A DNA stretch of 60,000 nucleotides, from positions 121,646,001 through 121,706,000 of the forward strand of contig NC_087436.1 in the NCBI RefSeq assembly GCF_036321535.1, in the 5' to 3' direction. The first letter of the stretch is position 1, and the number at the start of each line of letters is the position of its first letter. Shown here piece by piece: positions 1 through 11,810 of this stretch. The notes beneath the pieces were generated by a model, which did no database searches, had not been told where the DNA came from, and saw nothing but the letters and a program-made list of their open reading frames with translations. The position numbers were made by a program, and so were the translations under genes. This DNA is from Camelus dromedarius (lineage: Eukaryota).

Positions 1-404
1 GCGGGGACAAGGGAGCCTGGGGCAGGGCCGGGAGTGGACTGGGCTCTTGGCCATTCAGAAGGAGGCAGTGATGGGTGAGGGGGCAAGGTGGGGAGGAAGG
101 AGGGACACAGAAGTCATTGGGCAATGACTGAATGGGGACCCTGGAGAGCAGGCTGTCCCAACCGTGAGTCAGAAAGCCTCAGCCTTGCCCTCAGGCCCTC
201 GGCAAAGCACTCAGGTTAGACTGCAGGTCGACTCAGGGAGGAGACAAGGCTGCCCTGAGGCCAGGACGGGGGTGGAAGAGGCTGGACGTGGTCCAAAGGG
301 GTGAGGGTGGGGCCATCTCAGGAAAGCTGGGACCTGCCTTGAACGGGAACCAGGGTGGAGCAGCTGACCGTGGGGCCCGGGGTCAGTGGGCATGGGGACA
401 CTTA

Positions 405-575
<171 letters not shown>

Positions 576-857
576 CTACGCTCAGGGCCCTGGGAACACC
601 AGGCCAGGACACCTGCCTTTGAACACCACTGAATGTAAGGCAGGGAACTGGGCTGGCCTGCCGCCCCCACCCTGGGGTCTACCATGGGGCCAGATGCGGA
701 CAAGCTCATGGGCGTGCTGGCCGCTCCAGGGCAGGGGTAGAGTTGAGGGCTGTGTGGAGTCACCACAGGGCCCCTGGACTAAAGCTGGCTCGCTGCAGAC
801 AGAGTGACTGCCTGACTCACTGAACACCCTCTCGATAAGGTGAGGGCACCCTGTTCC

Positions 858-1157
858 CCACTCCCGCCTGCCCTTAGCCAGCTTCTGTCCATCCCTTTCT
901 TAAAGCCCTGAGACCAGGAAGCAGGAAGCAGGCAGCCAAGAGTCTGTAGTTCCCATCCTGACTCCCTTTCTGGGAAATCTCTGGGCCTCCGCTGCTAGAG
1001 CTGTCACATGCAGGACAGAGCTGTTCTAGCCTGGTGGGCAGCACACCCTCATTATCAGTGGTCATGACAACTGTTTCGTGGGTGGCTGGGATCTACCTTG
1101 TCTCCCCATCAGCCTGGGGCATCACTCGGGCAGGCACCAGAAAGTGGTTAACCCAGG
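858..1157 (+). repeat. Local direct duplication, copy 1 (~300 bp)
   Basis: Colinear with 2177-2488, e.g. the shared block gactccctttctgggaaatctctgggcctccgctgctagag. Confidence 0.93.
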
Positions 1158-1444
1158 GGCCAGACCTACCAGGCCAACAAGGGCCCCCAGCCCCTGGCCG
1201 CAGGCTGAAGCTCCCTTGGCCAGCTGGTCAGCACTGTGCACCAAATGCCCATCTTATTTCCACCCAGTCCTGGGGGCCGGGGAGGCCAGGGGTGCCAGCA
1301 CCAGGGAAAGAAGGGATACTAGCGTGGGCCCACCAGGTAAGGCAGCAGATGCTAAGCAAAAGCAGGCTGCTTGGCCCAGTTGGTCCAGTGAGGAAACGGG
1401 GCAGCAGGGCCAGGGCTCAGCCGTGTCCCCACGTCCCCTCCTTA

Positions 1445-1639
<195 letters not shown>

Positions 1640-2176
1640 TCAGCCAGGGGTGGGAGACAGAAGATAGCTTAGCTGGGGGCATGCAGGAAGGACACTGCCA
1701 AGCCCCTGGAGACAGCATGAAGATTCAAGGCAGCAAGAGGTGAGTAAACCCCTTTTCTGAAGACCCAGGCAACCAGGTGGGACCCAGGGAGAGAAAAGGC
1801 CACTTGGTCCACTCCATCAGCCCTAGGTCCTTTCAGCCACACACTTGATCTCCAGGGACCCTAAGAGCCAAGTGTGTTCCTTCACTGTCATTGGCTTATT
1901 CACCACACACCTACTAAACCAGGGGCTAGGGTACAGCAGAGCATGAACTCAGGAAACCTCTGGTCCAGGTAAGTCAGGCCTTAAGCCATAACCACTCCAA
2001 GTCTGAGTGCCAAGTGAGTATATAATGGGGACTGCCTTAGATGGGAAGTCATGGAGGGCTTCCAGGAGGAGGTGACTGGGGTCACAACCGGAAGGGAAAA
2101 GTTAAAGCGGTACAGGGACGAGGGCAGCCCCTGGGCACCCTCTCCAACAGCTCTGATGCCCCAGATGCCCCACCCT

Positions 2177-2488
2177 CCACTCCTGCCTGCACTTAACCAA
2201 CTTCTGCCCATCCCTTTCTTAAGTCCCCGAGGCCAGAAAGCAGGAAGCAGGCAGCCAAGGGTCTGCAGTTCCCATCCCGACTCCCTTTCTGGGAAATCTC
2301 TGGGCCTCCGCTGCTAGAGTTGTCACATCCAGGACAGAGCTGATCTGGCCTGGTGGGCAGCACACCTTGCTAACAGTGGCCATGACAACCATTTGGTGGG
2401 GTGGCCGAATCTACCCGGTCTCCCCGTCAGCCTGGGGCATCACTTGGGCAGGCACCATACAGTGCATCCTGCCTGGGGGTTAACCCAG
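2177..2488 (+). repeat. Local direct duplication, copy 2
   Basis: Colinear with 858-1157 at an offset of ~1320 bp; roughly 85% identity by eye. Confidence 0.93.
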
Positions 2489-2913
2489 ACCCACGGGACC
2501 GTACAGTCCAGGTCCCAGAGTCTCTTACTCGTGTTCCAGCTGCTTTCCCCGAAACCCGCCAGGCTGTTTCAGCTTCACACTGCCGGGCTCTGCCTGGAAT
2601 GACTGCTACCCCGCTCACACGGAGGGCTCCTACCCATTCTTCAAGACTCAGATTGAGGCCCTCTTCTGTGAGGCATCTCAGTTTGGGGTCTCTCTCACCC
2701 CTGGTCCCTCTGAACAGCGCCCCTCACACCCTGCACTGTTTTATCCGTACCTCCCGCCACCCCCAACCTGGGGCCTGGTCCCTCCTGGGCTCCCAGTGGA
2801 GTTGGAAGAGCAGGTGTAGGGTCAGTCTACTGTTGAGACCCTAAGGGAGCAGTTAGGGTCAGAACCAGGGGCCCAGTGTTGCTGGAACTCCTGCCACTAC
2901 AGGCCCCATTCCT

Positions 2914-2916
<3 letters not shown>

Positions 2917-2946
<30 letters not shown>
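2917..2946 (+). repeat. (CA)15 microsatellite
   Basis: Perfect CA run. Confidence 0.97.
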
Positions 2947-2950
<4 letters not shown>

Positions 2951-3099
2951 ACCACTCTGCTCTTAGCAAGCCGGCAGACTCCATTAAATGTTCACCGCCT
3001 CCTGCCTCCTGGGAGGAGACCGCTCCTGGGTCCCTCCAGCCCCACCTGCACCCAAAGCCAACCCCTCTGGCCCGCGCCCCCACCAACAGTGGAGACTCC

Positions 3100-3930
3100 A
3101 ACAAGGCGCGCCGGCCCTATGCCTGGCCACCCCCGCTCCAGGCCAGCGGGCGCGGGACAGAGTAGAGGGAGGAGGGGGCTCCGCGCCCACGCCCACCCAC
3201 GGGAGGTCCTGGCAGACGGACAGGCCGGTGCCCCGCCCGGAGCCCCCAGGTCCAACCCGGGCGGGCCCACGCCCGCCTTTGTTCTCCCTGGAAGCGCCGG
3301 CTCGGTCCGGCTCGGTACTCACGGCGTCCACGCGGCGGGCACGGCTGGGTTCCGGGGGGCGGCCCGCGCCCGCCTCCCCTGCGCGCACCGACACGGCCCC
3401 GGGCCGCGCGCCCCGGCCGCCGCCTCGTCCCCGGCGCCCGCCTCCCGCCGGCCCCAGCCCCGCGGCCGCAGCCCCGCGCCCGCCATGCCGCCGCGCCCCC
3501 GGCCCCGCCGCCCCCCGCCCCTACCCGGCCGCCGGCTCCGCCCCTCTCGGGCGGGCCGGACGCAGGTGAGCCGGCCGCCCCGCCCCGTCCCCCCCGCGGG
3601 GCCTCAGTTTCCAGGTCCGCCGCACTGAGGACACGGCCGCGGGGCCGGCGTCTGAGGTGCAGCCCTGGGGCAGGAAGCCACTGATGCAAACGGGGCACCG
3701 CTCCTTCACAGCCCCAACACTGCCCGTGCCCCGCGGCTGCAAGGCTCCGGCGCCCAGGCCCCAGTCCCACCCGGCTCCTGGCTGGCCCAGCCCCTGGGAA
3801 AGTGCCTTCTCCTCCCTGAGCCAATGGGGGTGAGGGCCGCCCGGCCTCCCGCGGCTGTGGTGGGGTTGAAGCTGGTCTGGGCGGCGGAGTCCCCCACCGG
3901 GCCGCAAGCTCTCAGGCTCCCACGCGGGTC
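3100..3930. promoter_or_regulatory. CpG island / proximal SH3BP2 promoter
   Basis: CpG-dense, with GC boxes at ~3500-3600 just upstream of the 3486 ATG on the minus strand. Confidence 0.85.
3323..3486 (-). CDS. SH3BP2: SH3BP2 alternative coding first exon (long N-terminal extension isoform)
   Basis: ATG at 3486 (ggcATGg) reads MAGAGLRPRGWGRREAGAGDEAAAGARGPGPCRCAQGRRARAAPRNPAVPAAWT + CC, then GTgagt. CC + C TTC ATG is in frame with the next exon (..WTPFMAAEE). Resembles the recalled human long isoform start MAGSGPRPRSWGRREAG. Lies in a CpG island. Confidence 0.85.
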
Positions 3931-4764
3931 TGCGGTTTCTCTGTCCCCGTCCTGGGCAGGATGCTTGGCCTATCAGACCCTGTGGGCCTCTGCCCTGGAT
4001 TCCCTGCAGGCGTCAAGGGTCTGGTCCTTGGCAGCTCCCACCTGCTTGGAAATATGTGGGCATCTCTCCCAAGAGACTCCGAGGCTGGCTAAAGGCTGGT
4101 GAAGGCCCTTGCTCGCCTCCCAGGCGTTTTGCTCCTCTACCTTCCACCTGCATACAGGCTGCCACCAAGATGGGCCACCTGCGGCAGAGGGTAGCTAACA
4201 CCCTGGGCTGGGCCCCCACCTAGATGTCTATACTGGGTGCCCCTCCCTGGTTTCCTGGCCTCCACCTCAGGCCAGCTCTCTGGCCTCTCACTGCAGCCTC
4301 CAGACACTGAGGCTCTGTCCTGCCCCTGTGCCTGTTTCCAGCGCTCTTGCCAGTCCCTCCCCCTGCAGCATACCCAGCCCTCTAGGCCACCTCCCCTTCT
4401 CCCAGCCACCCTGCCTGACCCCTCTCCACCACCTCCGGGCAGCCCCCACCACTTCCTCTCCTCAATCTCTTTCCTCCACCACGTTCCCCTCAGCCCACTC
4501 TCCAACATACATGCTGTTCCCATCACTGCTCTGTTTTGACTCTCCAGGACCTGCTTGTGTCCAGCTGGCTCTTCGGTATCCAGCCCCTGTGGACCTTTCT
4601 CTGCCTCCTGTGTGCCTGCACCAGCCAGACCCCATGGCTCTCCTTACTCAAATCTGCCAAGCTCCCACCCGCAGACCTCTGGCCACACTGTTTCCACTGC
4701 CTGTAGTTGCAAATGAACTACCTTAACCCTCAAGAATCAGTTCAAATGAACACCAGTCCTTCAC

Positions 4765-5520
4765 GAACTCTTCCAAAAACAGAACAGGAAGGCACTCATT
4801 CTAAGAGGTCAGCATTACCCTGATACCAAAACCAAAAACATCACAAAAAAAGAAAACTACAGCCCCATATCCCTTGCGAATGCAGACAAAGCTTTTCACC
4901 AACAACACTGGCAAACTGAATCCAGCACCCTGTGAAAAGGCTTCTTCGCCATGCCGAGTGGGATTATCCTAGGAATGCAAGGTTGATTTAACTTCCAAGA
5001 TTCAAAGAGTGTAATACAACATATCAATCAAATAAAGAACAAAACCCATACGATCCTCTCAATAGATGCAGAGAAAGCATTTGACAAAATCTGACAATCC
5101 TACAGGACGAGAACAACACTCAGCAGACCAGGAACAGGAGGAGACCTCCTCAGCCTGGTAAAGGCGTCTGCGAAGAGCCAGAGTCAACGTCGTGATCGGT
5201 GCTGAGTGACGGAAAGCTTTCCCCTAAAGTCAGGGACAAGGCAAGGACGTCTGCTCTTGTCACTTCTATTCAAAATTGTAACAGGGCTTCTAGCCAGGAA
5301 GCTTAGGCCCGAAAAAGACACGAAAGCTAGACAGATTGGCAGGAAAAAGTAAAACTACTCACAGATTAGATGTATACAGAAAATTCCAAGGAACCCACTA
5401 AAGAATGGTGGGAACTAATAGACAAGCTCAGCCAGCGGCAGGTACCTGATCAACGCACAGAAGCCAGCCTGTTTCTCTACACGCGCACCAAACAACCCAG
5501 AAGTGGGAGAAGAGTTAGCT
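4765..5520 (+). mobile_element. Old LINE-1 ORF2 (RT region) fragment, degraded
   Basis: cagcattaccctgataccaaaacc...aaagaaaactacag and ctcaatagatgcagagaaagcatttgacaaaatc ([11 protein letters not shown]); stops and frameshifts present. Confidence 0.9.
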
Positions 5521-6804
5521 CAAGCATCCCCTCTTTCAGACCGTCCCCCCGACCTCTAGGGGTCCTTCGTCACTGTCCCGCATCCTCTCCAGCTCAGGCT
5601 CAGCACAGAGAGGGCACCCAGGCAGCCCCAAAGGAGGTATAGAATGTTGAGCCCAATATATCGCACCCTCCCCAGTCTATAAGGAGACCTGGCGTGTGCG
5701 CTGGGAGCTGGGTGCCAGGGGGCAGCGCCGTGAGGACTGATGGAGCCCACCCCTCCTCCTGGCTCTGCACGAGGCTGGAGGCAGGAGCTGGGGTGGCCCA
5801 CAGCCCCACTCGGGTCAGCTCAGTGGGCAGGTTGGCACAGGCCTGTGAGGGGCTCAGTGTCACCTGGCCACTGTCCCTCTGTGGGCAGAGTGAGGGCTCT
5901 TAGGTGTCCACTGACTGATCTTGGGAGGGGAGGGTGGGTCGTGGCAGGGCCTGGTTGTGCTCCAGCTTCACCTGCCTCAGGGACAGGCGCCGATACCCGC
6001 AGCCCCTCTCCAGAGGACAGACTGTCAAAGGGCAAGCCTGTCTTGATGCCCCAGCATCCTCCGGCCCCCCCGGCCCCACCCTGCACCACAGGGTGAGCTG
6101 GGTTGGCACCTGCCCAGATGCCCAGTGCCAGGCCCAGCTGGAGCAGAAAAGGGGACATGGTGGCTGAGAGTAGGGTAACAACGGGCTGTGCTGGCTGTGG
6201 TGACCACATAGCTCTTAGGGAATTTCAGCCCAGCTCACAGGCTCCAGCTGCACCGGTTCCCAGGAAAGTCAAGGGGAGTCCCCAAGGGGCACCCACGTAG
6301 CTGGTCAGCTCAGCCTCCCTGGCTGTCTCCCTCTGTGCCCACCGCGTCACAGAGCCCCAGGGACGCCCTCCATTCATCCCAGGGACCCCCACGACCTTCC
6401 TTTCAGCTCACGGGCAGGAAGCCTCAGTCTCATCCAGAGCAGGGCCTCCTCCCTGTGCTGCTGAGGGTGCCCGCGGAGCCATCCTGTGGGAGCTGTCAGG
6501 GAAACTGCCAGAGGCCTGGGTTCGAACCCTGCCAGGCCCAGCCTCCACTAAGCCCTCTCGTCTTCTGTCAGTTAAAACTGGGCCTGGAAGAGCCCAGTGC
6601 TCACAGCGCCCTGACACCCCAGCAGCACAGTGACAAGGCCGCCCTCGGGACCATCTGCCCCCACATAGGAGGGGACTGAGGCCACCCAGTGAGCAGGGAC
6701 AGCACTCGCCTTCCAGGCTGCCAGGGGCAGGGCTCGGGAGACACCCGGGGCGGGGCGGGGGGCTGGCATGGGGGTGGCTGCTGGGCTCCCTGGGCCCTTC
6801 CAGG

Positions 6805-7770
6805 AGGTGTGTGATTTTGTGTGTGCACACGTGTGGACGTGTGCTTCAGCCTGCACGTGTGCATGAGCTCAAGCACACACACTGGGCAGGGGGGTGGGCA
6901 GGGACATTCTCCAGTCTCTGCTCCTGTATCCCCCACGCCTTCTCTCAAACTTGAGGCTGGTCTGCGTACCCCGAGGCCGCAGCGGCAGCGGATGAGGGCA
7001 GAGCAGGCAGGTGAGAACCGCTCGGTCCCACGGAGACGGCCCCGCTGGGTTCCCCAAGGCGTCGGCGCTGCGGCTCCCACCCGCCTTGGGGCTGTGAGCC
7101 CCAGGGGCCTGTGGTCACCACCTGCGCAGGCCCACACTTGTGCTGTGGCTCCACACCCCCAGTCATGCGCAGACAGTGTGTGCACAGGACGTGTGCGTGA
7201 GCTGCACGGCTGGATGCGGGAGCTTACACGTGTGTATGTCAGTGTGCGTGCACGTCAGTGTGCGTGCACGTCAGTAAGTGTGCACGCGTGTGCTCCCATA
7301 TAAGCCTGTGCAGGAGAGCTGGCAATGGCCCTGGAGGGAGGGCCCCCTCGGCTCTGCTCTCCAACACCTGCAGACTCGGTCCTGGCCGTGGTGAGGAGCT
7401 GGCGCCTCGTGTGACCACAGTGTCAGGGGGTTCCTGACAGTAGTGACCTGGCTGACCCACTTGTGGGAGCTGCAGGGTGACATGAGGTTGGGGTCCCAGG
7501 TCCCCCAGTGCACCCATTCACACACTCACACCTGTGCACTTACACACTCAGGCTCAAAGACATGTACACACGGTCATACACGTCCATCTGCATATACTCA
7601 CATATACTCTTACGTGCACACGTACACACACGTACTCGTACGTACACGGGTACTCATTCACACACGTGCACATCCTCACACACACCTGCTTGCACTCATA
7701 TGTGCTCACACATGTATGTGCACATTTGCACTCCTACATACACACCACTCACAAGTGTATTCACACACAT
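6805..7770. repeat. Degenerate TG-rich (6805-6880, 7175-7295) and CA-rich (7508-7770) low-complexity tracts
   Basis: Alternating purine/pyrimidine sequence such as gtgtgcgtgcacgt and cacacgtac. A similar CA-rich tract lies at 8450-8525. Confidence 0.8.
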
Positions 7771-8158
7771 AGCCTCCAGCAGCTAACAAGACCCTTCATG
7801 AGTGGCCCCAGTGCCCTGGGCAAGCAGCTTGGGCACAAGTCAGAATCATCATCACTGCCCCACAGCCCTGCCCTGGCCCAGTGCCAGGTGCACCCAGATG
7901 GCTTGTTAAAGCCAATTGGTGGGGCTTGACTCCCATTTTACAGACTAGGATACTGAGGCCAGGAGAGGGCACTCACCATGGGCCAGGCTCTGTGCTTCTC
8001 AGGGCTCACCCCACGTCATCACCCCAATGCCCCCTGAGGTGTGGACCAGCATCATCCCCGAGTCACAGAGGAAGACACCAAGGGTCAGAGAAGCTGAATA
8101 ATTCAAAAGGAACACAGCCAGTGAATGGGGGAGCACTCATCCCTGCCTGGACTGTGGG

Positions 8159-8177
8159 TGGCCGCTAGGTGGCGTGG
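8159..8177 (+). promoter_or_regulatory. CTCF motif match
   Basis: tggCCGCTAGGTGGCGtgg closely fits the CTCF core CCASYAGRKGGCRS. Motif only, no binding data. Confidence 0.5.
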
Positions 8178-8859
8178 CGTGGCGTGGGACCGCAGCTCTC
8201 ACCCCAGCTCATTCCGTCTCCCCTTTCAGTTTCTCCTCCCCCTTCCTCTTCCCAGAAACTTTCTCGATAAAAGAATGAAAACCAAAAATCTCTGGAGGCC
8301 AGCCATGCTGGAGGGAGGGAGGCATGACCTGGGCTGGGGTCCCTGAGACCCTGGGGCTCTTCAGCTCCCTGCCAGGCCCCCAGGCAGGGCACTCTCGGGG
8401 CAGGCAGGCAGCAGGGAGCTGACACAGCTCTGTCCCCCAAGTGCAGGCACACTGCACACTCTCACAGTCACACACACTCTCACGCCATCATACTCACAAC
8501 ACACACACACACACACTCACACACAATGCCGGACCCAAACGCCAAGGCGACCCTGGCAAGGTGTATGTACGGTGGGAAGGCTCACCTGGACCAGGCCCTC
8601 CCCCCTCCTGCCTGCTGCAGGCTGGGCGGCACCTGACGTGGGGCAGGGGTGCCCCAGCAGCGGCTCCCTCTCTGGGAGCCCACGTGCCGTGTCTCGCTCC
8701 CAGGGCTCTCCTTGCAAGGGCCCAGGGCCAGCGTCCTGGGAGCCCCACGCAGGCCCTGATGAGGGCCCCGGCCCCCATGCGGGGCCACCCCGAGTGGTTC
8801 TACAGACACTGGGCTGGCCCCAGCCCCCGAACCCCCAGTCCCAAGGGCACCCCACTGAC

Positions 8860-8942
8860 CTTGTGGCACTGACCCAGCACATGGCTCTCTTCCTGCCTGG
8901 CGACGGGTTGAGGGCAGGTGTCCCGGGACCCAGGAAGGCCAT
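8860..8942 (-). CDS. SH3BP2: SH3BP2 alternative coding first exon (short N-terminal extension isoform)
   Basis: ATG at 8942 reads MAFLGPGTPALNPSPGRKRAMCWVSAT + AG, then GTcagt. AG + C TTC ATG is in frame (..SATSFMAAEE). Resembles the recalled human isoform MASLGPRTPAPSRSRGRRAMCWVSTISF. Confidence 0.8.
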
Positions 8943-10500
8943 GTGGCTCAGGGGCCATGGGGCGGAGATTCAGCCTGCATCCCCCAGGCGGGTGAGGCCT
9001 GATGCCTCCGCGCTGCCCAAAGTGCTGTCCGGCTGGTTGCACCCGATGATCCCTCCTCCTGACAGCCGCCCGCTGCATCTGGGGCCTGTGGCCTCCAGGG
9101 CTTCCTCCCCGCCCAGGACTTCCTGTTGCCGGGTCCCTGGGCAGCCCCGGGTAGCCAGCACTTCCTGCCTTCCACCCTCGAGGGCCTGAGGCCCATCCAA
9201 GGCCCAGCGCTGTGCCCAGATGGTGCCGTTTGGCCTTCTGGGTTTTAGCCGTACCCCTCTGTGGTCAGAGACCACAGCTCTCCAGGCCCCAGGGCAACAC
9301 CAGCTGTGTCCCCTGGGAAGAAGCTCCCCGCCAGTCCCCCCCAGGGCCACCTCTGCATATTTGGCTTCTTCCCAGCAAATCATCAGAGCCCCAAATCCCA
9401 GGGTGTCAGGCCCAGCTTCTCTGGCACAAGAGACACCCCACAAGAAGCCGGCACTGACACACACTGGGAGCTCGCCACCTCCCCAGGAGCTCTGGCCACC
9501 GACATGGACCCTGCTGCCCTGCTCTGTCCTCTGAGGACACAGAGGGGCTGTGCCTCTTGCACCAGAAGCCTTTGGGTTTCAAGTGGCCACCTCTCTGCCC
9601 TGACACCAAGGGACCAAGGGACCGGTTCCGAGCCTGGGCCAGGTGTTTCCCCGAGGCCTTCCTGCCCCCTCCCCCCGCAGGCTCTGTGACAGAGCGGGGC
9701 TTGCACACCTCCAGGGACCACCACTCTACTGGCTCTGAGAACACCTGGCTTGCTAGAAAGCACTTATGACCCACGTGGCTAAGCACACTTCTGCCACTCC
9801 CTGGCCCCTGCCCGGGCCCCCTCAGATGCAGTCTCTCTGGGACGCCCACCCACACTGGACAGATGGAAGGGTGGATGAGGAGGCCTGGGGTGGAGGCAGG
9901 AGCCAGAGCCTCCCCAGCCCTTGCCCTAGAGAGCCCCCAGTCACATGACCACAGCCGGGTGGGGGCGGGCAGAGGGCCACACCCGCTAGAGCCCTGGCTT
10001 TGCACCCGGATGCCGCAGGGGGAGTCACAGCCCCCAGCAGAGGAGCAGGGGTCTCCATGGAAGTCAGACCCATGTTGGCCACTTCCCCAACCCTTGTATC
10101 CCTCTGGGAGGCTAAGGTCAGGATTCCTGGGCTGCTTTGTGACCTCCGCAGGCCCTTCCACTCTGGGCCTCAGTTTCTCTGTGTACCCTCCCATCACCAG
10201 AGGCAGCAGGTCATCCCTGCAGCAAATAATGCTGCCCTTCATATTCCTGAAACCGAGGGCGCTCAGCGCCCCCTCCTCTAATAGTGGGAGCTCCACGACC
10301 TTTCACACAATGCTAGAAATAACCCTGGAGGTGACCCCACACTGGTATCCAAGCCACAAGATAGGCGGGGCTAGGGTCCCCATACTGGGCCGCTCTGGTC
10401 TTCCATCCCCACCTCCCCAAGCTGCAGCTCCTCCCCCAGCCCTGAGGACTCAAAGCTCCAGTCTGGGGACCACCCACCATGCCAGACGCAGGGCACTTAC

Positions 10501-10550
10501 CAGGGTGGGTGGGACCCAGTCAGCAGGGTGGGTGGGAGCCAGGAGTCGGC
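10501..10550 (-). other. SH3BP2: Candidate 50-nt SH3BP2 5'UTR cassette exon
   Basis: Minus strand tttctccctctctctttttcAG| 50 nt |GTAAGT: strong polypyrimidine acceptor and consensus donor, no ATG inside. Confidence 0.5.
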
Positions 10551-11045
10551 CTGAAAAAGAGAGAGGGAGAAACTTCTGGGTTCCTGGGATGCTCAGCCTG
10601 CTCTGGAGGGAGGCCAGTGCCCCGCAGGGCACCACCTCCGCAGCACCCATGGAGCCTGCCCCCCTCCGTGGCACTCACAGCCTGCTCATCTGCGCTGACC
10701 ATGAGGACCCTGGGGTCAGAGAGAGCGCTGGCTGGGTGGATGGCCAGGAAACAGGCATGAGGACAGGAACCCGCTGTCACCCAGGGCCGGGTGACTGGAA
10801 GCCCCACTGGTGAAAACCTCAAGGTCCCTTGCAAAGGACCCAGGGCCATCCACAGCCAGTAGTGGACCCGCCTCCTCAGCCCCCATCCTCCCAGGTCGTG
10901 AGCCCCTCCCCTCTCTGAGCCTCACTCCCCGGTCACCTGCCTTCCAGCTCAGGGTTCCCAGGAACTTGGTCCTGGGCACCATCCAGCTGGGCAGAGGGAG
11001 TGGGTGGCCCAGAGAGCAGGGTCTTGCCCAGCGTCACCCAGTAAG

Positions 11046-11810
11046 GAGAGTGGGCTGAATGGGGCCCTTAGAGACACATGTCCAAGTCCTGGTCCTGGGG
11101 AACTATAGTCAGGACCTTATTTGGAAAAAGGATCTTTGCATATGTAATTAAGGAGCTCATCCTGGATTAGCCAAATGGGCCCTAAATCTAACAACAAGCA
11201 TCCTTGTAAGAGACAAAAAAAAAGCCCTCATAGAAAAGGAAATCAGACTGTGATTACCAGGTGCAGAGGGTGAAGGAGGGGGAGGGGGGCAGGTGGTCGA
11301 AAGGTACACAGTTCCAGAGTCCTGGGGGGGTCATGAACAACACAGAGACTACAGCGAACACGGCTGTGTGGTTTACAGGAAAGTTGTTAAGGGAGTAAAT
11401 CCTAAGAGGTCTCATCGCAGGGAAAATTTCTTTTTCTCTTTTTTGTTTTCTTTTTATTGCATCTATGAGAAGAGGGATGTTAGCTGAACCCGTTGTGGTA
11501 ACCACTTCACAATAGATGCAGATTAGACCACCAAACTGCATACCTTAAACTAAAAAATAAAAAGAGAGGAGACACCGAGGAGAAGGCGCTGTGAAGACAC
11601 CGAGGAAGCTGTGGACTGCGGGCAGCCGCTGAAGCTGGAAGAGGTGGCGGCGGAGGAGGGAGTCTCCCCCGGAGCCTCCCGAGGGAGCGCGGCCCTGCTG
11701 GCTCCTTGATTTTGAATTCTGGCCTCCAGGGCTGTGAGAAGACATTTCTGTTTTTCCCAGCCCCCAGCGTGAGGTACTTTGCTAGGGCAGCCATGGGAAA
11801 GTACTTGACA
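11046..11810 (+). mobile_element. MaLR (MLT1-type) solo LTR split by an L1 insertion
   Basis: 5' half gtgggctgaatgg...gaccttatttggaaaaaggatctttgca...gggccctaaatc; 3' half ccttgattttgaattctggcctccagggctgtgaga...tttgctagggcagcc. Confidence 0.85.
11214..11561 (+). mobile_element. L1 3'UTR fragment inserted in the MLT1 LTR
   Basis: gaaagttgttaagggagtaaatcctaag...tgtggtaaccacttcacaata plus an A-rich tail. Flanked by aagaga at 11208-11213 and 11562-11567. Confidence 0.8.

Noticed and set aside
7977..8094. Possible minus-strand exon ending ATG|GTGAGT
   Set aside because: The acceptor is weak and lies in MIR-like sequence, and the ATG would be out of frame with SH3BP2. Support is insufficient.
9406..10813. 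296-aa and 316-aa ORFs in SH3BP2 intron 1
   Set aside because: No homology I can recognise, no supporting gene structure, and open on both strands as expected from GC content.
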